Source: Tubiluchus corallicola
Lineage: Eukaryota > Animalia > Priapulida
Direction of reading: 5' to 3'
Assembly (NCBI GenBank): GCA_030141605.1
Contig: JAQGDQ010000076.1
Coordinates: 310,001 to 374,000, forward strand
DNA: 64,000 nt
The notes beneath the pieces were generated by a model, which made no database searches, was not told the DNA's origin, and worked only from the letters and a program-made list of their open reading frames with translations. The position numbers and the translations under genes are program-made. Numbering within the stretch: position 1 is the first letter of the stretch; each line of letters starts with the position of its first letter. Positions 1-12,200 of the stretch are shown here, piece by piece.

Positions 1-226
1 AAAATAAGATATTTGTAAATGTTAAGATGTGACCGCTCTTTAAAAAATTAAAATTCCACTCTTTCAAAATTCCGCTGACAGCACATTAGATGCATTGAAT
101 ATTTAGGCGCCACGTGTTTGTGTACTAAATGCTACCACCGTTTTATGAATTAATTTTACTGCCAAAGCACTAAAGTAACTGCAATTTTCGGGGTGCACCA
201 ACTTGATAACCTTGAAAACCCCCATG

Positions 227-439
227 CAGGGCCTATTTCAGCCTAGGCGAGGCCTGGGGAAGTGGGGCGTGTGGCATGGTTGGCACCCAGAAAATTTTTG
301 AACTGCTAGAACGCCGGAGAAGCATTTTCGAAGAGAAAATATGGAGTTATACAGTTGTTAAAGGAAAGAATAATTGAAAGAAAAACTGCTTTATTCTCAA
401 GACCAGTCCTTAATACTTGTCAATACTGGCGCGTGCGGC

Positions 440-496
<57 letters not shown>

Positions 497-618
497 GGAG
501 ACAGGAGGCAGCACGTTCGCATAAAGCAAAAAAATGTTACCTTGGCGTGATGCCCCCCTGGAGGGTGAGGCCCCGGGGAAGTATCCCCACTTCCCCCCCC
601 CCCTTGAAATAGGCCCTG
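227..618. mobile_element. hAT-type MITE with internal (GA)n
   Basis: 14-bp perfect TIR CAGGGCCTATTTCA (227-240 / 605-618); flanks cccccatg / tccccatg give an 8-bp TSD with one mismatch. Confidence 0.75.
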
Positions 619-2312
619 TCCCCATGCACACCTGGTCCAGTAGTTATGCCAATTTGTGCAGTCCAAGTAGCAGCTAGTAGCTGCAGCTGCAATGCAGCAC
701 AGGCCGCCACGCGAATCACTAACTTGCCCTGGCAACAGTCTGCTAGCTGAGCCACGTGCTTGAGCTGAAGTTGAGCAGAGGATTGTTTTTTACTGGATTA
801 ACTGCTGTGCTCACCTGTCTTAAGGGCAGATTTCTTTTATTTTAGAGTTCTGCCCACCCAATGTCTACAATAGACGTAATGGGCATCATGATGATGATGA
901 GAGGCTTGAGCTTTGAGTGTTGGGAAGTAGGATGTTAGTGGGAACCGGTGGTATTAGAAGTTAGAACTTGGGACAGTTGGTGGTGTGGTTGGGTACCTTT
1001 TATTTTTAAGAATTTCTTATTAATTACTTTGTCAGACTACGAATGCCCCCAAAGTCTAGATGGTTCTTGGCAACTGCATACGTGAAAGTGTGGATGATCG
1101 AAAAATTATGGTGATTAACGTCACAGACAACACAAAAAATATTGCCACAATGATGTGACAATATTTTTGCAAATATTGGGGCAATATGGAAATGTGGATT
1201 TGTCACAACATTGTATCAATATTTTTTGACTCATTGGAATTGTAATTAAATTCCTTCCAAATTTTTACATGCTCCACATCACAGTATAAATGTTCTTATG
1301 CTTGCATAATTTTTATTTTATCTCAACTTCGTAAAGCTGACTTCAATACAAATACCTTATGTCTCACTTTATTTGGGTGAGTGCATGATCAAGGGTATAA
1401 TTTTACTACAGTAACCTATTCAGATCAGCTTGTGTCGCATGCTAGCGCCTCAAAGTTAATAAATCTGCAAATCTCACTTATTTCAGATCAGGCACCAGTT
1501 TTATTCTTGTTTTTCCACTAACAATGATAACTTTATAAAAAAAGTACATCAATCTATCACTTGATTATAAATGTTGTCACTTGAATCTTTGACTCTTGAG
1601 CCATCCTTGCTTTTTTTTTTGTTGAGCAAGGTAACAGTACCAGATTGAGCAAGACATTTTTTTACTCTCTTGATTATGTTTTCTCGTGGCTCAAGCTGGT
1701 ACCAGTCAAAAGAAAACAGTTACAGTTAGATAATCACAAATTGTTATTGTTATTCCTACATGACATTCTCTAGACAGAAATTCATTTCGTTATACTAAAT
1801 GTCATGTGCAGTAACTAAGACAACCTAAGGTTATTAAGTCCAGCCTATTTTTATGGCTGTAATTCTTGAGTTGAGACGAAAGTAAATTGAGAACATGCGA
1901 TTACAAGTAACTCTTTTAAAATGTAACAGTTATACATATTGTGGAAAATTCTTTATTTTAATCACCAAGGTATGTCACATGTCACACGACTCAAAACAAG
2001 AGATCAAGCTCTTTAACATTTAACAAATATCAAGCAAGCTTATAATAACACATTCGAGAAGATTACAAACTTAAATTTGCATAAAGCCTACAAAAATGCA
2101 TTCAAATGTTTGAGAATGTATCAGTCGGTCGGGTTTTTCGCTGCACCACAGTGGATTGTTTACATCATTCCTAAATCCCCTTGCTGAATTGTAGGCTCTC
2201 ACTTATATATTATATTTCGTTCTCTATCCTTTAGCAGGTTTGACCTGCTAGTCATGTCTACAGTCTACCACACTAATGTTGCGTGATTGGACAGTGATTG
2301 TTTAATCTTCAG

Positions 2313-2424
2313 GCAGGAATTGCTAGAATCTGGCAAGTTGTGGGAGGACTCTGATTTTCCGGCTGTGGATAAATCTATATTTTATAGCAGATCGGATGTA
2401 AAATTTAAATGGATGAGACCTGGG
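2313..2424 (+). CDS. Diverged duplicate of calpain exon 3 (alternative exon or orphan paralog exon)
   Basis: Open frame QELLESGKLWEDSDFPAVDKSIFYSRSDVKFKWMRPG ending at a phase-0 GT (2425), homologous to 7699-7821. Candidate acceptors cag/2313 or cag/2317. Confidence 0.7.
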
Positions 2425-4124
2425 GTACGAATCCATTCCTATATCCTGTTTGCCAAATTGTAGATAAATTTAGAGATTTGAATGTTAAACTTATGCAAAT
2501 CTATGGTTTGTGTTGCATGGAAAACTAATGACTAATTTTGAGTGCATTTAGTAGCCATTGATGCACGATCGTCACTGACTTTTTGAGATTTAATTATGTA
2601 AAAAGTTTTGGATAGTCACCATTCACCGAAGGTGTGTTTTGCAAATTATTGCTAAAAATGCCACCGATAATGCTGCTAAACTATATTTTCAGTTTTAACG
2701 TTTTTGTGTTATAAAAAGTCCTCGTCACTCTTTATTTTAGTCATATGCTTTATCATGCTACATTGTATGAACACATGCAAGTTGGAGTTGATGCCCAAAA
2801 AAGGTTATAAACAAAAGTCCAAAGTGGAAACTGTTAGTCATCTGGTATGGCAAATAAATCCTCGGATGTAGATTCATATTTCTGTATGTTGTTGTTAGTT
2901 TATACCTATCAAAACAAGTTGATTAATGACGAACCAAAAAATAGGTTTTATGAGTTAACCCCATTCTTCAAATCTGTTTTTGTCGATAGTTACATGATCA
3001 AGCACGACAAATGCGTCGATGACCACTGGGGTGCTGAGAAAGTTGTCGATAACCTGATCATTTTGCCAGACAGCCATGACTTATATTGACTTAAGTGCAA
3101 AGTATTTACATATATTTCATTTACATGAAGTGTCACTTAAGAACTTTAAAGTTTGCCTAGCAGGTATTATAATATACTGTTTATAACAACTAACTCAAGA
3201 TTCTCAGAAAAGATGACATACATTATGCATACGAAACTGTTTTAAGCTCACCAGAAAAAGATGAGACTGTGAAACAGATGTTCCAAGCTTCTCAAAAGTA
3301 GTGAGGTCAATACAACAAATATTACAAATTTCTCGAAAAAATAGAGTATATGTAAAAGTTTGTAATCATAAGGTTATAGATTTGATGTAGCATATTTGTT
3401 CCTCTGAGAATAGTGTGTGTAGAGCAACTCGTTACTGCATTATTTTTGTATGATGAATACAGTGTAGGAATTTTTCTTGGAACCGTTTTTTGCTATAAGG
3501 CTGAGTTTCTTAGACAGCTAATTAAACTGAGTACAGTATATGGCGTCTTGGTAGATAAAATTGTCTAGAAGCAGATTGCTGGCGGTCATTCATCAGTTTT
3601 TTCCAGGCCTTATGTAGCTTAATTTGCACACACCTGGACTTAAAACATTTCTACTTATTCTGAAAAGTTATTACAACAAATGTTCAAAACTGTTGCGCCA
3701 AAACTTTGCTTTGACAAAGATACTCTCAGATTCCTGTCACCCAGTTTGCACATTTGTGCATGTGTCTTTATAATAACTAGCTTGTGCAAATGTGTTGACA
3801 GATTGGGCTGCATTTGTATTATGCAAATGTTTGCAGTTACTGTTCTTGATTAGAAAATTTCAGTGATTGATTCATACATTCACCAAAAGGATTCATTAAC
3901 CGAGCAAGTAAATTAGTTGCATTGTTCCCACCGCTTCTACCAAGTAGTGCAAGTGGTGCAAGACTTTAGTCATGTGTTTCATGTTTTCTGGCAGATTATT
4001 TAAAGACGAAAACAGACATTTAAGTGGTAACCCCAGAATGCTATTTATTGAAATACAGAATAATCAGCGCACTACTACACCCATAGATCTAATGAAGTTC
4101 AAATCATAGTACAGTACTCTACAA

Positions 4125-4545
4125 TGTGGTCAACCAACGTAATCGACCACTCAAAGACGGCCAGTGTAAGCAAGACTTGCTTAAGCATTGTGCAATATAT
4201 GATCAGTTAGGTGGCCGACATAAACTACTTCAGCCAAGTAATGCAGTCGTCAAGTAGTTGGCTGAGTTTCATAAAGTAGCTCAATTTTCAACTAAGTTGA
4301 TAACCAATGTAAACAACATAATTAACGTAGTACAAATGCCCACTGACTATTAATGACCGATGTAAACAACATCAGTCAAGTTACGTAGTCGCCAACTAGA
4401 TGGGTCATCAACGTAAACGATTTTAGAAAAGTAGTGTAATTGTCAGTTAGGTGAGTGACATCAAGTTAGGTGAGTGACATCACTGAAGTAGTGTAATGGT
4501 CAGCCTTGAATTGACATAAACGACTTGAAACAACTAATGACTGTA
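4125..4545. repeat. Degenerate tandem repeat, roughly 50-60 bp unit
   Basis: Recurring aagtagtg..at.gtcag/gtcaac...gacataaac.ac motif; includes an exact duplication of agttaggtgagtgacatca. Confidence 0.55.
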
Positions 4546-5476
4546 GTGCATGTATTTTGGCAAAGACAACTCAGCTTGTGCTCAATATCCTGGTCTGAAT
4601 ATGATCCATAATATTATGTCACAATAGAGAGGATAAACAATTCGGTGACAATTTTATCTGCAAGCAGTACTCGGCATAGTCCAGTGATTCAGCAAAATAG
4701 AAATGCGTGTGCGAGGCAACATAAATTGCAAAACTCTGAAATGTAAACTTTCAGACTATAACGTTTTGCAACAAGATCCGAATTAACTGCCAAAAAGAAA
4801 AATGCATCAAAACGTATTACAGCAGACTGAACAAACACACTATCTCCAGCCTAATACTACCTGAATAATCCGTTGAATGTTTATGGAGATCCACACTCAA
4901 ACATGAAGTCATAATCGGACTTCATTTTATGACCTTGAACGTTGGCTTTTATACAAAAAGTGATGAGTTTCCAGGCCAGGTCTGACCTACTCTTGGCTGT
5001 GCATGCAAAGTTTGGTGCTTTACCGTTTTTTCTATTTTGTGAGTTTGACTTTTGATCTTTTAAATGGATAGCTTTCAACTCTTGCCTAGAACAATCCCCA
5101 TGCCACTCTAAGTTTGGTCCAGTTTCATTTATTTTTTCACTGATAGATATACATATATACGGGACTAATCGCCGCTACTACTGACATGGATAATTAGCAA
5201 AAACAATTTTATTTAGTGACTCAAGTTTCCAATTACAATCATTTTTGTTAATTCCTCGTTCACTAAAGTTTTAATTGGAAATAAATGTCATTTTTGTAAT
5301 TTTAATCATCTACTAGAACCTGACGCCAGGTTGCACTGCACCAGTATACAGTACAATGGACATTAGACAGCAAACTCCACCTGATCGCATCAATGACGGG
5401 ATTGATAGCAGCTGCTAGATCCTAGGTGATTGTCTCTATCTACGAATAAGCTAAATGCGAGTTGCGCTCTTAACGG

Positions 5477-5491
5477 AGCGCCGTCTGGTGG
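5477..5491 (-). promoter_or_regulatory. CTCF-like motif near the putative calpain promoter
   Basis: AGCGCCGTCTGGTGG is the reverse complement of CCACCAGACGGCGCT, close to the CTCF core, in a locally GC-richer island. Confidence 0.4.
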
Positions 5492-5549
5492 GCTGCTTTC
5501 TCGACTGTTCAAAATCCATCATTCGGGCTACTGTACGGCCATATTCTGT

Positions 5550-5705
5550 CGGCTGCTGTCGAGGTATTAAGTAATGGAACTGAAATTTTCAAAATTTACT
5601 AAAAATAATTCAATTGTTTCCGTTTATAATACCAAATTATGAAACCCTTGGGATTTGTAGCTAAAGTGTGGAATTGCTAATGATTGGTTACCTCGACAGC
5701 AGCCG
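5550..5705. repeat. Perfect 17-bp inverted repeat around a 122-bp AT-rich spacer
   Basis: CGGCTGCTGTCGAGGTA (5550-5566) and TACCTCGACAGCAGCCG (5689-5705). Confidence 0.9.
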
Positions 5706-5731
5706 CTAGCCTAAACTACATTACTGCAATC

Positions 5732-5779
5732 ATGAATTACGTAGACCAATATGGTGGCGGTAATGCTCCTTACGTTGAG
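5732..5779 (+). CDS. Calpain exon 1 ([16 protein letters not shown])
   Basis: aatcATG context, strong GAG/GTGAG donor, phase 0 matches the next exon. Confidence 0.65.
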
Positions 5780-6160
5780 GTGAGCTCCGTATTTTTTCAG
5801 TTTTGATGTAGGCCTGCTTTTTATTGTACAGTTTTAACAGTCACGATTAATTAATGTTTTTATATTTTTATAATAATAATATTAATATAATAAGGATAAT
5901 AGTTTATTCTTAAAAACGCAATCCATCTAAAGATCTCAGTGCTTTTTACAATTTAAGCTCTTTTAATTTGTTGTCGTATTAACTATTAAGTCAACCCAGG
6001 CTCCCAGTACATACTGTGCTTATCACAATATCAGCAAAAATCGATGTCGGGCATTGATGTCCTAGTCTACGTTTATTTTATGCCGTACATCTCATTCTGA
6101 CTTAAATTTTTTAACAATTCAACAAGAAGAGAAAAATGAGAAGGAAGGATTGTGGTAGGC

Positions 6161-6221
<61 letters not shown>

Positions 6222-9200
6222 AAGAGAGCTTATGGTGACAATGATAATTTTTTCACTGGCTTGTAATGTGCATGGTGCAGCAATGAAAGAACTTTGAAAA
6301 TAATTGTGATATTATTTAAAACAAAGTAATTACATGTAAAATCAGTTCAAAGTGAGGACTTGAGCGAGTTCAAGCATGAATAAAACTGCTCAAAGCAGTT
6401 TTCCTTCAGGATTATTAACTATATAATATCCATTTACTAGTGTTTAAATCGAATTCAAACATTCAAATTTGCTACTCTGCTTTTTTAGATGTGACTACTG
6501 CTCCGTCTGTTTATGCCATGTTGTTGTTCATTGTACGGTTGTACTGTAAAAGTTGCAGTTCATTGAGCATAGAGTTTAGAAAAACTACTGGTCTAAAAGC
6601 TACCAGTAAACTGTCATAAGTTTGTATACATGACTTACTGCATATTTGGTATTCACCTGCTTGAAACATTGATAGCAACATGTACAGAAAAACTGTTTAA
6701 AACTGTGTTGAACTTGAAAACAAATCTAGCTAATTTTATCATTTTAGGAACCGTATCTACTGTCTAGCTACCATTTTGAATCGATACTCTAATCTCAGTA
6801 CATTAGGTAAACATGAATTTGCTTGAACTTGAAATAAAGCTTTACACAATTGATTAACTATTGTCTGTTTGTGTAAATATTACAACGTTTACATTTTTGT
6901 ACTAAAATATGTTGCATTTTTTGTATTCATGTGCAAAAAATGGTGACTAAATATAAATTATATTAAAGGCCTTGTTGATTGTTATGTTGTTCTAACTATG
7001 TTTTCCTTGAAGATTGAAGACAAAGGGTTAAGAGACACTATCCAAAGTAAAAAAACTGCAATTAGTTTCCGTGATGGACGTGGTAAGCGTCTATTGCCAA
7101 GCAGATACGGGCAACCAGGTATCAAGAGCGGTGATTTAGGCAGTTATGATAGACCCGTGCGCGTCTCTACCTTGGGACTACCATCTTCAGCACGAGGCGA
7201 CAAATCATATGATGTAAGTAAATGTTATGCTTGTGCAACAGTACGAATTTATTCCATTCATTTGTTGCCTAAGCATTTTTGGATTATTTTAGCCTTGTGC
7301 GTAATCTTAATTGTAACAGTATTTACATCTCACTTCACATATTTTTATTATGGTGTAGATAACACCCTAATATGGCAAAAGCTCATATCTACTGAATTGA
7401 TATTAAAAGTGAGGATGTTGTAGCAATTTAGATGATGGTTTAGAGGATGGTTTTTCCCTGCTGTCAATGATTTTGGAAATTTTGGAAGATATTGAGATAT
7501 GATCTCTATCATAGTCTGACTACCTTATTAAGAATTGCTTGTAGTAATGATCCAGATTAATGTTTTACATAAATTACAAGTAACTTTAACTTAATAAATT
7601 CTAATTATAGTCAGGTAGCTTAAAAGTTCTCTCTTGGCTTATTGGATTCATTTAGTTTGCATAATGCTAACACAAGATCATCTTTTTTCTTCTATTAGGA
7701 CCTCAAGCAGGAATTGTTGGCATCTGGCAAGCTGTGGGAAGACCCGGATTTCCCAGCTGTAGACGAATCCCTGTATTTTAGCAAATCACCACCGAGAAAA
7801 ATTGAATGGTTGAGACCTCGGGTATGTATGCAGATCTACATTCCGCGTGTACCCTGTCCATTAAGTTTTATGTGAATTTTGCGATTTGAACATCTGCAAA
7901 TCTCTGATTTGTTAACACTTGCAAGAATTAGTGACTACAATTTATAATGTCGTGATCTTCAGTGCAAGTTTCCAGTAGCGTAACAAGTTCGATTTTCAAA
8001 CAAGTTGGTTGAGGGACTCACTGAACTGTGGCTTAAAAATCTAATCTAGCTGTCATTATATGCAAATTTTGTACTAGTATATTTGTTCATAGATTTAGAT
8101 TTAGGCTGAGGTTTTTTATTTTTTTATAAAATGGCATCAGTCATTTTTTAGAAAATGACATTTGACAAATTGAATTCAAGATGGCAAATCGAAAATCCTA
8201 CTGTCACTTGATGCAGAATCCAGGCAATGTATTCCTAAAAGATTTTATGACAATCCATTGCGAAATGGCCGAGCTGTAGGCTTTTTTGAAATTTATATTA
8301 TCACTACCATCTTTAATTTAAAATGGCAAGTAAAACATCTAACTCTGTCAGTCGATGCAGGGTTTGGTCTAGTATATCTTATAGCGTTTGATGACGATCC
8401 GTTATGATTTGGGGAACTTTGAGCTTTTTCTGAAAATGATATTGTTGCTGTCTTGAATTCAAGATGGCAGATCAAGAATTGGACTGTCACTTGATGCAGA
8501 GTTTGTTCTAGTATAGTCCTTTAAAGTCTTGTTATAATCCATTGCAAATTGGCAGTGTTCGGCTTTTGTTGAAAATAATGTCATTGTTTCCATCTTAAAT
8601 TCGAGATAGCGTATTGAAAATCGGACTCCGTTTGTTGATGAAGAATTCCTTCTAGTATATTTCTTTAAATGTTTATGACTATTCCTTAAAAATGATGTTT
8701 TCGTCTTCACCTTGAATTCAAAATGGCAGGATCAAACTCTGATTCAGACAATTGGTGTGGAATTCATCCTAGTGTATTCTTGTAAAGTTTTTGAAGACCC
8801 GATAGGAATTGGTGAACTTCTAGGCTTTTTTCGAAAATGATGTTATTACCGCCATCTTGAATCCAAAATGTCAGATCTAAAGTCCAACTCAATGAGTCAT
8901 TGCAGAATTTGTTCTATCAGAGCTTGAAAAATCAGTTGCCCTTACATCTGGGACAAATATATTTTGCATTGGGTAACTGAAATAACGATAGACCATTGGG
9001 CTGTCTAGTACTACATTCAAGTAGATTTGTGCAATGTATCGTTTTCGCACCGGCTTTGTCGTGGTACAGCACTTTCCAGTTGGGTACAATAATATAGTGA
9101 GCTTAATTAAGCTTTTACTGTATACATTTAGTATGCTTCTATTTTTTGTATTTGTACATATAATAATATTTTTCATGATGAACTTAGAACATAAACTAGT

Positions 9201-12200
9201 TTTCTTTTTCTACATAAGATCTAGCCATTTAGCCATTCACGATTGTCCTTAGAGATGACTCATTTGGTTTGTACAGTTCTGTTGTATTGGGCTTCCAATT
9301 TTTATATTAGACAACCAATCATTCATTGCCTGTTGCACAAGGACAACCTTGATCAAAACAGATTTTTTGAGTCCTGGTTCTAGCATATCCATGTGAAGTT
9401 CTGTGACAATCCGTTGCAAATTGGCTGAGCCTTGGACGTTTTTCGAATGATCATCCCCCAACAAGAATATGAACCTTACTTTATTAGTACAGTGATAAAC
9501 ACTTTACAGCCTATTTACGGTCTTAATTAAATTAACTTATTGCAACATTTCTATCTGAACAACAACACCATCCAGAAAGGAGCAATTTGGGTTGAGTACC
9601 TTGTTCAAAAACTTTCAGACTGAGAGTATATGCACCTGAAGCGTTTCTACATGTATGAAGTGCATTAAAAAATAGTTCAACCTGAGTGGATCAGGTGCAT
9701 GCAAAAATAATCCAACAGAGTTACATGCAATAAATATAACAAGTTCTCCTAAATGGACAAACATTCTGTGTAAAAAAACATTCCAAATTTCTCGAAAATT
9801 GAGCAGCGACTGAGAGAAACATTTTAGGGCAAACACGTTTTAGTCCAACTGAAATAGAGTGACACAGCCCAAGAAGCCCAAGAATGATGAACATTTATGT
9901 GAGACCATTTTACTGTCTTCCAGTGATAGGGCAAATTTAAGAAGTGGAGATGGTAGATTTGCAGATTTGGTATAAAGTGAAATGATATTTTTTATCTTAG
10001 TTTGCGTTCCCTGTCCATTAAAAACTTTTGTGTTCATTCGCCTAGTTGCCCATGCATGCACACCTCGCATGAATACACAATTTATTTTTTCTTTCTTGGC
10101 TTGCTAACATTTGGTGCCGTTTTGATTCACGTGCTAATGATAAAGCTTATTCAATGGATTTGTTCTGTCTATTGAATGACAAATGATAATACATGCTTCT
10201 TGCTAGTTCAGGTTTTATGATTAATTTTGCAGGAAATTTGTAACAATCCAAAATTTTTTGTGCAAGGAGCTACCAGATTTGATATAATTCAAGGAGAATT
10301 AGGTAAAAAATTATATATTTATACTAGTTTGCTGCAAGATAAAATGAGAGATGTAAAGTGCTATGTTTTACTTAATTAAAGTTTAATTCTGATGCGAAAT
10401 GTTTCAAGTGATTACACTGTTTTACACAGCGAAAAACCAGATCACCAGTGCTATGTTGTTAAGACAGATAGAAAGACAAAGTGCTGATGATGTAATACGT
10501 TGTAGTGGCCCAGCTTTTCCTGGGTTGAGTGACTGGGTAACTTAGATTTTGGCCTGCAACACTGTGGTCTTGAGTTAGAGACTACCAGCTGTCAATACTA
10601 GGGCACATACCCTACTTGTTATTCGTTATTGGTCAGTTGCTCCATACCTGTATAGTCGCTAAATAGCTGTTAGCGATAATGTTGTCTGTTAAAATGAGCA
10701 ACAGTAAATAAATGTTGTCTTTGTCGTTTAGTCATCTATTTTTTGTCTATTAATAAAAATGTTTTATTTAGTTGAACTCTTTTATTTTGAGGCTATTAGT
10801 TAAGACTGAAAAAAGCGCTACATTTGTAAATTATGTCAGTGTAGGACAGTATGCCAAAAACGATGTAAACAAGAAGTTGTTTGGAAGTGTGCCATCAGTT
10901 TTGGTGGGAAGTTGAGCCAATTTTAGTTCTTAGTATCTGTACTGTTGGCGCTCTTCAAGACTATAGTGTAACTGTCACAATGAACAACAAGTCTTGCAAG
11001 AACTCGGAAGTTGTTTCATAAACATTTCTTAAATTATTTTGTACATTGTTTGTTTTTATTTATTGAGTTGTTTAATTATCTAAATTATTTGTAGTCATTA
11101 GTGCTAACTTTTGAAATAAGGATTTGAAATAAGGATTAATACCAACTGACAAAAGGTCTGACAGGTCACCTACTTTTAGCACCTACCATTTGTGAAGATG
11201 ACTGTACAGCTAGACATGCTTTAACCATAAACACAGGCAGAGGATTTTATTGTATAAGGACTTGCCTAGAAAGATCACCTTTAATGGCTGTTTTCATGCT
11301 GGTCCATTATTGTCTTTTCTAAGATTAGTTTAATTTAAGAACAATTTCGAGCTATGTGTAACTTTATTTTGTGAGCTATCCTGGAATCAAGACAATATGT
11401 TGATCTTTCTTAAATCTTAGTTTCTTTATAGTTGTTTTCCTCTCATTTTACAATAATAAAGAAAAACTTAATTCAACCTCACCAGTTATAGACATCCAAA
11501 TGTTAATTTTTTTTCCCAATATTTAAACATTTTCTCAGTAAGTAATATGCATCTGTAAATTAACAACTCAAATCACTTAAATTCATTTATTCAGGTGATT
11601 GCTGGTTATTGGCTGCTGTTGCTTCATTAACTTTAAATCCAAAGTTGCTCGCTAGAGTCGTTCCTCTTTACCAAAGTTTTGCAGACGGAGACTACTGTGG
11701 CGCATTCCATTTCAAATTTTGGAGATTCGGCACATGGGTAGATGTCATTGTGGATGACCGTTTACCCACGCACCATGGAGAATTAGAATTTTTGCACTCA
11801 GAGAAACTGAACGAATTCTGGACTGCCCTGCTAGAAAAAGCTTATGCCAAGTATGTAATACAAAAGGGAAGATAGCTCACTATTTTTAATAAGTGTGAAA
11901 CATGTCTATGGTCTTATAGTGAGTTTCTCACAAAATGTCTTGGGCAATATTGGTCACTAGTCAATTCAAGAATGATGCTTGAGGGAGAGTGTGCACATTT
12001 GCACTTCACTTTATCATTCACTAGTTTACTGGTTATCGTATCATATGTATCGTAAGGTGAAAAAAGAATTACAGTTGAAATTGTAGAACTACTCATTCAT
12101 GTGTGCGTTGTATCTAATGCAATTTATTTTTTGTTAGGGGAAGAAAGGGGAATTTTAAAGTATGTCTTTAAAGACTTTCCATACAAAGTTACATTACTTA

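Noticed and set aside
355-755. ORFs with RE/SL runs
   Set aside because: Translations of the (GA)n microsatellite inside a MITE
8130-8930. CRISPR-like repeat-spacer appearance
   Set aside because: The spacers are homologous to each other, the context is a eukaryotic intron and there are no cas genes
10520-10712. Possible old SINE remnant (also near 13575-13690)
   Set aside because: Too decayed to define promoter boxes or ends by eye
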